Below, in pieces: positions 57,649 through 64,000 of a stretch of DNA of 64,000 nt (position 1 is its first letter; each line of letters opens with the position of its first letter). The translations under genes and the position numbers were made by a program. Source of the DNA: a virus (taxonomy: Duplodnaviria; Caudoviricetes); IMG/VR virus record IMGVR_UViG_3300050821_001527, positions 32,001 through 96,000 of that record; one strand, 5' to 3'. Below the pieces are notes generated by a model. The model worked only from the letters and a program-made list of their open reading frames with translations, was not told the DNA's origin and searched no databases.

Positions 57649-58544
57649 CCCAACTGGTGCTTTTTCCAAAGTGCTATCTCCTCATAATTCATCGCTCCGA
57701 AATCCTTCTTAGTAGGAAGGCCAATTTTTATCTGTCTTTCATCAAAGTGTTGCAAGAGTTGCTCGCGGGCATCCTCGGCGGCGTTATTGCCTATCCTATT
57801 ATTGTCTGGTTCGTTGTTAAACGCTAGAATGATTTCATCCATGTCGAATTTGATGAACGTGGAGATAATCGCGGAACTTAGCTCCGTTCCAAAAGAGACA
57901 ATGACATTTTTGATGCTGGAATCCCACAGCGCGAGCAAATCGCCAATACTTTCAACGATGACTACCTTTCTCTCTCGCAGGATGATTTCCTTGTTGAAAA
58001 TCAATGGATAGCACCAACGAGATTTTGAGCCGATGTGTTTCCATTTCGGCCTATAGTCGGAATTCGGCAGAAGGTCGCGCCCGCTGAATCCCACAATATC
58101 CTGCTTGTCGTCGAAGATTGGGAATACGAATCTGTTGGCCATCTTCCCCGTGGACACGACGCCCCCTTGAAATAGTTCGAGCGTCTGTCTTGAAACCCCT
58201 CGGCCTTCCCAATAGGAGTAATCCTTCTGCAACTTGACGAGAAGTTCCTTGGAGAAAATCTTCGGTTGCTCCAATCTGACACACTCGCTGGCGGGAACCG
58301 GGGTGAACCCATCCATGTATTTCCCCATTTCCGTTCCATCGGGCAGTCTCAGGGTAAGCTTGATTAACGATGAAAGGTCGCCGTGCTGGTTTGTGCTAAA
58401 GTCATGCCACTCACCTGTTTCCTTGTTGATGACAAGGCTGGTGTTGTTGCCGGACTCTCGGTAAAGGGGTTTGGCGCGATAAGAGCGTCCAAGGTCGCGC
58501 AAATCGTATCCGATACCAGATAGAATGTCCCTTACGGAACTCAT
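57645..58544 (-). CDS. DnaG-like primase (TOPRIM)
   Basis: RFVFPIFD...VGFSGR, PKWK, VVIVESIGDLLAL, SFGT, ILAFNN (DxD position). Confidence 0.85.
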   Translation of the reverse strand: MSSVRDILSGIGYDLRDLGRSYRAKPLYRESGNNTSLVINKETGEWHDFSTNQHGDLSSLIKLTLRLPDGTEMGKYMDGFTPVPASECVRLEQPKIFSKELLVKLQKDYSYWEGRGVSRQTLELFQGGVVSTGKMANRFVFPIFDDKQDIVGFSGRDLLPNSDYRPKWKHIGSKSRWCYPLIFNKEIILRERKVVIVESIGDLLALWDSSIKNVIVSFGTELSSAIISTFIKFDMDEIILAFNNEPDNNRIGNNAAEDAREQLLQHFDERQIKIGLPTKKDFGAMNYEEIALWKKHQLG

Positions 58545-60028
58545 ATAGTTTCCGACTCGCCTCTTTCTTTGGCACCTTCGTCAATAACTTCAAACTGGGC
58601 GTTCTGTCGGGCAATGGAATCCCTCAAGGAACCGCGTTCTTCAACGTGGAAGTCTTGAATGTTGATGTTGATGAAGTTCTTGACCCACTTCACTTTTCCG
58701 TTCGGGAATTTCCTTCTGATAAGGTCTTGGTGACCCGCCGCTTCTCGGCCTTGGTGACGAACCACCAACTCGATTAGCTTGTGCGTTCCGCTTTCGGGGG
58801 TGTCCAATACGATTTCCTCCTCGACGCGTCTGCGGAGAATATGAACGGAAGACGCATACCAAGTGATACGGTCAGAGATACCAACCGAGCTTTCGTCGTC
58901 AATAATATCCTCGACTGCTCTGGACGTGGTAATGCCGCTACGGTTGTTCTGAACTGCGGTGACGATTGGAAGGTCAAGTTCTTCCGCCAGTTTTTTCATG
59001 GCGTCAATCTTGTCACCCATCATCTGATATTCTTGCTTATTGCCGGTAAGGGCGTCAACTGCCTTGACATAATCAAGGACAACCATGCACTTCTTGTCGC
59101 GGCCCTGTTTGAGCCTCCAACGGCGGCAGATGGATTTGATTTGCTCGACGTTCTTGTTGCCGACAAAGCGGTGCGTCACCTTATAGCAGGTAACGTCCTT
59201 GAGAAGACCCCTGATTTTCGCCACCATCTGCGGGTGCTTGCGCCAGTTTCCGGTTTCCACAAACCACATTGGGACTCCGGTTTTGGCAGAAATAGCGCGG
59301 AACCTTTGTTCCTCGGTGGACATTTCGGTGTCCAGATACAAGACAGCCATGTCGTGCATCTTGCTCATTTCAGCAGCGACGGCGTTTAGGTATGTGGACT
59401 TACCGGCTTTGGCGCGGGCGGCGATGATGTAGAGGTTTTTCTTGCGGTAGCCACCGTAAAGGCGGTTGTATTCGGGGAATGGCGTGGCATACCCGACTTC
59501 CTCCTGTGGATTGTTTCCGCGTTCCTCGGCCAAGTTCAGAAGACCGGCGAACAAATCTTCGTCCTCGTCATTGAGTGAAAGATGCTGGATTTCCTCCCCG
59601 TAGATTTCGTCAATGGCCGCGACCACTTCGTCCAGCGTGTCGTTTACATGCCTTTCGATGTGAGTCTTGATTGCGTCGGCGTTTTGAGAAAGTTCACGAA
59701 AGACACGTAGCTTGGCTAATTCGCGGAATGCTTCGATGGTAGCCTCCGGGGAAACCGGAATGAAGCTAAGGCTGTCAATATAGTCGAAGATGTTGATTTC
59801 GGACTTGAATGAAATTCCGAGGTTCTTGATTTTTTGGGCGAGAAGAACCTTATCCGGCTTTTCGTTCAGGAGGATGGAATTTTTCAGACAGTTGAAGATT
59901 GTCTGGTGAACGTCAACGAAATAGTCCCTGTCAGAAACAAAACGGTCAATGTCCGCGAAAATATGCGGATTTCGCATCAAGCCCGCGAGAGAGTGTTTTT
60001 CGACTTGGAGGGAGTAAAGCTTAGACAT
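58541..60028 (-). CDS. dnaB: Replicative DNA helicase (SF4)
   Basis: N-terminal EKHSLAGL domain, AARAKAGKST (Walker A), DTEM, VLDY (Walker B), AVQNNR, SDRI; no intein. Confidence 0.9.
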   Translation of the reverse strand: MSKLYSLQVEKHSLAGLMRNPHIFADIDRFVSDRDYFVDVHQTIFNCLKNSILLNEKPDKVLLAQKIKNLGISFKSEINIFDYIDSLSFIPVSPEATIEAFRELAKLRVFRELSQNADAIKTHIERHVNDTLDEVVAAIDEIYGEEIQHLSLNDEDEDLFAGLLNLAEERGNNPQEEVGYATPFPEYNRLYGGYRKKNLYIIAARAKAGKSTYLNAVAAEMSKMHDMAVLYLDTEMSTEEQRFRAISAKTGVPMWFVETGNWRKHPQMVAKIRGLLKDVTCYKVTHRFVGNKNVEQIKSICRRWRLKQGRDKKCMVVLDYVKAVDALTGNKQEYQMMGDKIDAMKKLAEELDLPIVTAVQNNRSGITTSRAVEDIIDDESSVGISDRITWYASSVHILRRRVEEEIVLDTPESGTHKLIELVVRHQGREAAGHQDLIRRKFPNGKVKWVKNFININIQDFHVEERGSLRDSIARQNAQFEVIDEGAKERGESETI

Positions 60029-60034
60029 ACTATC

Positions 60035-60063
60035 ATACTATCGGATTATGCGGTAAAAGTCAA
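60035..60063 (-). promoter_or_regulatory. Sigma70-type promoter, leaderless
   Basis: TTGACT-17 nt-TAGTAT-6 nt-ATG(60028). Confidence 0.75.
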
Positions 60064-60065
60064 GG

Positions 60066-60317
60066 TTATTCAGGTTCTTCGGTATTGGGCTGTTCCTGAT
60101 AGATTTGCTCCATTGAGTTTTCAAGATTCAGGTTGTCAACGACGGCAAGCCAGTTTTGGATGTATTTCTGCATACCAAGCCCGCGAGCAGGGTCGTCGAA
60201 TGTAGCGTATGGCTTTGGCCTTCCTTCATTATCGTAGATAAAAAGGATGAATCCCCCTCCCGAGTATTCGTTCAATTCGCTCAGGATACTATCTGGAACG
60301 CGAAATTTTTCAGGCAT
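60066..60317 (-). CDS. Hypothetical protein
   Basis: 83 aa; preceded by GTGTAATTATA (60334-60324, minus strand). Confidence 0.65.
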   Translation of the reverse strand: MPEKFRVPDSILSELNEYSGGGFILFIYDNEGRPKPYATFDDPARGLGMQKYIQNWLAVVDNLNLENSMEQIYQEQPNTEEPE

Positions 60318-60338
60318 CTTACCTATAATTACACTGTC

Positions 60339-60752
60339 CTATAGGGATATACCAAATTTATCGAGAAAAAATGCAGGAGAAATCAAATCAACTTCCTTAG
60401 TGTATATCACCACCAAGGTAAAACCGTTCTTTTCTAGCCATTCGGTTTTGATAACGTCATTTTTAATTCCTTTTAAGTAATTAAATCGAGATTTATTGTG
60501 AAAGTAATGGAACTCCTCATGCTGCGGGCCATGTATCTCTACACCGACTTTCTTAGTGGCATTGAGAATGTCAACCTTGAGACGAGAGCCAAAAACGGGA
60601 AATTCCTCATAACACATATCAAACTGCCAATATGGTTTGAGGAATTGTTTGACCTTGAACTGCGGGGAAGATAGAGAGTCGCCGTCCCATTTGATAGCGA
60701 ATCGGGCGACGTTTAGATTGGTTGGCTTCCCGCGAACATTCAGTAGTCTCAT
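60339..60752 (-). CDS. DUF559/Vsr-like PD-(D/E)xK endonuclease
   Basis: EEFPV..SRLKVDIL...GVEIHGPQH...ND..K..WLEKNG. Confidence 0.75.
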   Translation of the reverse strand: MRLLNVRGKPTNLNVARFAIKWDGDSLSSPQFKVKQFLKPYWQFDMCYEEFPVFGSRLKVDILNATKKVGVEIHGPQHEEFHYFHNKSRFNYLKGIKNDVIKTEWLEKNGFTLVVIYTKEVDLISPAFFLDKFGISL

Positions 60753-61918
60753 TACGAGGGCAGGATATTCCTGAACTTCTCGACTAGAAATTTTGAGGCT
60801 TCGGGCTTGGACTCAAGATATTCAAGCGCGACTCTGGTTCCCCTAAACTTGTCGGGAATGTCAGCGTCAATTTTCTTGAGTTCTTTGAGCAAACCGGCCT
60901 CGACGTTGAATGACCCCTTGGCGCTTTCACGCTTTAGGAACTCCCAAGCGATAAGCTGGTCGAGAATGTCGCGCTCAATCCAAACGCTGTTACCGTTGGT
61001 TCTGCCATACTTGACGGCATACTCGAACCTTGTATCGTATTTTTCGTTGTCAGACTTGCGGACGATACCCTTGACCAAATGGCCTACTTTGGGGTTTTTC
61101 TTTTCGTCGTATTTGGCGTCCCCGGATTCGTCGGCGAGGATGTAGTCCCCCTCGTAGCGGAGGGAGAAGTCAAGGACGAGGGAGGCTTGATATTGGACGT
61201 TCGTGCCACCGCTGGAACCGCCCTGACGGAGCGGGTCTTTGGCGTATGGGTCAATCTTCGGGGCCGCGCTCTGTTGTGACGTGGCGAGAAGGATGTGCTG
61301 TCCAGAATTGAAAGGCAGGGCAATCTTAGACCAAAGCATCTTGGTCATGTATTGGGGGCCAGCGACCTTGCGGCTCTTGCCGATTTCCTTGTCCATGTCA
61401 TCGGCCAGCATGAGGTAGTCCATGCAGTCAATCATCACGATGAAGTTCTCCCTGTCCTCCATGTCTTTAAGCTCGTTCGTTTTAACGAGCGTCCAAATGA
61501 AGTTGGCGAGCTTATCGTAAATATTCATCGGCAGAATCAAGCAAGTGCCATTCTCCCATTCCTCTGGCGAATGCACGAACTTGACGCCGGAACGTGATTT
61601 TATTTTCTCGGTGAGTCGGGCTTCCGTGGGGATGATAAGGCCACGGCCTTTCTTGCGCGTCTCCAAGAAGTTCTTGATAATCAGCAGACCTTCGGATGAC
61701 TTTCCAGTGGTCGGCGGGCCGAGCAAACGAACGAGGGTGCCGCTTTGGACGCCACCCCCCAACATCGTGTCAAGCCCGATAACGCCCGTGGAGACGTAGA
61801 ATGGCTTAGAGGCTCTGTCCTCTGTGTAAATGTCATCCTTGTGGGCCTTGAAGAAGCTGGTGGCAGCGACCTTTACAGAATCAACTACTTCCTCTTTTTC
61901 TTTAGCTTTTGGTGGCAT
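60752..61918 (-). CDS. recA: RecA/UvsX-family recombinase
   Basis: STGVIGLDTMLGGG, GPPTTGKS (Walker A), MIDC (Walker B), SGG..VQYQAS..L. Confidence 0.85.
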   Translation of the reverse strand: MPPKAKEKEEVVDSVKVAATSFFKAHKDDIYTEDRASKPFYVSTGVIGLDTMLGGGVQSGTLVRLLGPPTTGKSSEGLLIIKNFLETRKKGRGLIIPTEARLTEKIKSRSGVKFVHSPEEWENGTCLILPMNIYDKLANFIWTLVKTNELKDMEDRENFIVMIDCMDYLMLADDMDKEIGKSRKVAGPQYMTKMLWSKIALPFNSGQHILLATSQQSAAPKIDPYAKDPLRQGGSSGGTNVQYQASLVLDFSLRYEGDYILADESGDAKYDEKKNPKVGHLVKGIVRKSDNEKYDTRFEYAVKYGRTNGNSVWIERDILDQLIAWEFLKRESAKGSFNVEAGLLKELKKIDADIPDKFRGTRVALEYLESKPEASKFLVEKFRNILPS

Positions 61919-62297
61919 ATAAATTTAGAAAATCTTTCAGGGACTTCGGCTTCTGCGGGGAAAGAACAGCGTCTTCCCCAATTTTGTCAGTATCTAATAC
62001 TATAGCCGGTTTTTCCGGCATTGTCAAGGTGTTCTTCTTGAAGTTGAAGAATTGCTCCATGAGATACTGCTTCCCGTAATCCGCCATGAAATAAGCCAGC
62101 GACGGAACCGGCTTGCCGTATGGTGGGATGACCCACATTAAAAATTCAATATTATACTCGGCCACCAATTTTGAGGCCATTTTCATCTCCCTTGGCCAAA
62201 AACCCTTGTCTGCGCGGCGGGCGGGGCCAACGAACTTACCAATGAGGACTTGCTGCTTATTGGGCTGTCTTGGCTTTTTCGGCACGGCAGTATTCAT
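61902..62297 (-). CDS. Hypothetical protein
   Basis: 131 aa from ATG 62297 (MNTAVPKK), chosen because a promoter lies just upstream. Confidence 0.6.
   Translation of the reverse strand: MNTAVPKKPRQPNKQQVLIGKFVGPARRADKGFWPREMKMASKLVAEYNIEFLMWVIPPYGKPVPSLAYFMADYGKQYLMEQFFNFKKNTLTMPEKPAIVLDTDKIGEDAVLSPQKPKSLKDFLNLYATKS
61999..62027 (-). promoter_or_regulatory. Sigma70-type promoter for recA, inside the upstream CDS
   Basis: TTGACA-17 nt-TATAGT. Confidence 0.6.
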
Positions 62298-63354
62298 CAA
62301 TATCTGATAATACCATGACTTCCACCAGTTTGTCAAATGAAATTTCCGGTTTCCAACCCAATTCCGTTCGGGCGGGTGTTGAATCACCCAGTAACAAATC
62401 TACTTCCGCTGGGCGGTAGAATTTGGGGTTGACGCGCACCAGCAAGGGGTAAGCCCCATTTGGCTGGCGTTGGGCGAAAACATCCTTCTGAGGGTCGTAG
62501 GGGCGACTGTCTTGCAGTTCTTGACCGTTGACCCAGTATCCTTCGATGCCAGCGACCCTGAACGCCTGCTCAACAAAACTTCTAATCGAGTGAGTCTCCC
62601 CGGAAGATAGCACGTAATCCTTGGGCTTGGGCTGGTTAATGACCATCCAAATTCCGCGAATGAAGTCCTTGGCGTGTGACCAGTCTCGCTTTGAATCCAA
62701 GTTTCCAAGCTCTAAAGGCTCAAATTGACTTCCGGTATCCAAGGCGTGTTTGATGCGAGCTACGTTCCTTGTGATTTTCCTTGTGACGAATTCAATTCCT
62801 CGGCGTTCGCTTTCGTGATTGTAGAGAATGCAATGGACTGCGTAGAGATTGTAGGATTCTCGGTAAACCTTCGTCAAGTGACGAGCGGCGGCTTTGGCGG
62901 CACCATAAGGGGAGCGGGGGCGAATTGGATGATTGATGTCTTGAGGGCTATAAAGAACGTCTCCCATTTCCTCCGAACTGCCCGCGCTGTAGAAACGGCA
63001 TTGAGGGGCGAATTTACGAATGGATTCCAGACACCTTAGAGTGCCCATAGCCACGGACTCGAAAGTCTGTTCGGGAATCTTCCAGCTATCCCCCACGAAC
63101 GACTGGGCGGCGAAGTTAAAAAGGTAGTCGGGCTGGATTTCACGAACCATTGACTCGATTGATTGCGAGTCAGAAAGGTCGCCAGTAACCAAAGAGAAAC
63201 GAGGGTTCTCCAAGGCATCTTTGAGATTTGAATAGTCCGGCTTCGAGGTTCGGCGAACCATGCCGAAGACTTGGTGGTCGGTATTCTCAAGCAGGTAATC
63301 GGCCATATACGACCCATCCTGTCCGGTCACGCCAGTAATGATTACCTTTTTCAT
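62257..63354 (-). CDS. gmd: GDP-mannose 4,6-dehydratase
   Basis: IITGVTGQDGSY, AAQSFVG.SW, SSEE.G, SPYGAAK, YNHES.RRG.EFVTRK, LGNLDSKRDW.HA.D, FYRPAEVDLLLGD; start set at ATG 63354. Confidence 0.95.
   Translation of the reverse strand: MKKVIITGVTGQDGSYMADYLLENTDHQVFGMVRRTSKPDYSNLKDALENPRFSLVTGDLSDSQSIESMVREIQPDYLFNFAAQSFVGDSWKIPEQTFESVAMGTLRCLESIRKFAPQCRFYSAGSSEEMGDVLYSPQDINHPIRPRSPYGAAKAAARHLTKVYRESYNLYAVHCILYNHESERRGIEFVTRKITRNVARIKHALDTGSQFEPLELGNLDSKRDWSHAKDFIRGIWMVINQPKPKDYVLSSGETHSIRSFVEQAFRVAGIEGYWVNGQELQDSRPYDPQKDVFAQRQPNGAYPLLVRVNPKFYRPAEVDLLLGDSTPARTELGWKPEISFDKLVEVMVLSDIDEYCRAEKAKTAQ
62307..62336 (-). promoter_or_regulatory. Sigma70-type promoter inside the 3' end of gmd
   Basis: TTGACA-18 nt (ending TGG)-TATTAT, 9 nt before ATG 62297. 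Confidence 0.55.
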
Positions 63355-63361
63355 GCTTATA

Positions 63362-64000
63362 CTAACCGTCTTGTATGTCGTAGAAAAATCTTTTTTTGTC
63401 AAAAAACTCTTGGAACTTGCTCGGGAATATCTTTTTCGTCAGAGTTGACGAGTCCAGAGAGCGGTTTGACGAGTGCCATTGATATATGGAAACAAGACGA
63501 TTGATGTGTTTAAACTTACCCAAACGGTATATCGTCTTGGCTAATTCCCAGTCGCATCCCCTTTTAGGGAAGGTGATTGGAATGGTGTGGTAAACGGAAG
63601 CCTTATACATCAACTGCCCGTTATCAACTCCCCATCCGTTAGGCAGGGTGGGATTCCAATGGGGGTTATATATCTCGGGAGAGAGGACTCCATTCCTAAA
63701 ATCCTGTCTGTTGCCATAACACAGCACCGTATATTCATCGAACCCGGAAACCAGATGCTCAAATTTATCAACCAGATTAACCACATCGTCGTCAATCGGA
63801 GCGATGAACTCTCCGTTTGACTGGGAGATACCAACGGCCCTTGGAATGGAAACGCATCCAGAGTTCAGTGGTAGATTGATGACCTTGACCCTTGGGTCGT
63901 TAATGGAATTTAGAAATTCAAAAGTTCCGTCCGTGGAGTAGTCATTGACTACAATTAGTTCCCAATTCTCATAGGTCTGAGCCAGTATCTCTGGCAGGCG
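63362..64000 (-). CDS. GT2 (GT-A) glycosyltransferase, 5'-truncated by the window
   Basis: Frame is open from 64000: ILAQTYENWELIVVNDYSTDGT...GEFIAPIDDD (DxD). Confidence 0.9.
   Translation of the reverse strand, partial: RLPEILAQTYENWELIVVNDYSTDGTFEFLNSINDPRVKVINLPLNSGCVSIPRAVGISQSNGEFIAPIDDDVVNLVDKFEHLVSGFDEYTVLCYGNRQDFRNGVLSPEIYNPHWNPTLPNGWGVDNGQLMYKASVYHTIPITFPKRGCDWELAKTIYRLGKFKHINRLVSIYQWHSSNRSLDSSTLTKKIFPSKFQEFFDKKRFFYDIQDG

Noticed and set aside
1064-62708. Long antisense or alternative-frame ORFs in the track (e.g. 1064-1681, 10965-11852, 21201-21872, 26601-27356, 39912-40538, 58781-59389)
   Set aside because: They lie wholly within well-supported genes, have no recognisable motifs or start signals, and are expected shadows of biased codon usage.
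63355-63402. TTG start at 63402 for gmd, or TTGACA there as its -35 box
   Set aside because: The Gmd fold starts at MKKVIITG (63354), and there is no acceptable -10 at 16-18 nt from this TTGACA.
1-64000. Stop-codon reassignment
   Set aside because: Genes tile the window densely under code 11, conserved proteins are full length, and TAA, TGA and TAG all act as stops at coupled junctions.
1-64000. tRNA, rRNA, integrase or IS elements
   Set aside because: Intergenic gaps are almost all under 90 nt and are explained by terminators or promoters. No cloverleaf, recombinase or transposase motifs were seen.

Overview
This window is part of a large dsDNA tailed phage genome (Caudoviricetes, genetic code 11). 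The host cannot be determined from the sequence. Positions 1-38622 (+) form a continuous virion morphogenesis module: portal, paralogous structural genes, prohead protease/scaffold, decoration protein, major capsid, neck and tail-completion genes, tail tube, chaperones, a 2491-aa tape measure protein, and hub/baseplate genes. No sheath gene is recognisable, so the phage is probably a siphovirus. Positions 38619-64000 are mostly on the minus strand and cover replication, recombination and glycan functions: an SSAP-like protein, GT9/GT4 and GT2 glycosyltransferases, a Whirly/PC4-like SSB, a DnaE split around a DEDDh exonuclease, an AddB/Cas4-like nuclease, primase, DnaB, an endonuclease, RecA and Gmd. 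This block is interrupted by a plus-strand island of two very large orphan proteins (43072-52606). The most striking observation is about 1000 aa inside the tape measure protein, built as cassettes separated by eight copies of an [AS]xG[FYHN]xP motif. The cassettes carry two PD-(D/E)xK nuclease-like domains, a kinase-like domain and a GNAT domain, which suggests an injected effector array. Other notable signals are a candidate virion glycosylation system (GT genes, gmd and a directional [ST]G enrichment in virion proteins), a GTGTAA late-promoter-like motif, leaderless sigma70-type promoters, and avoidance of GATC and CCWGG. All product calls come from motif recognition and synteny by eye; no database search was run.
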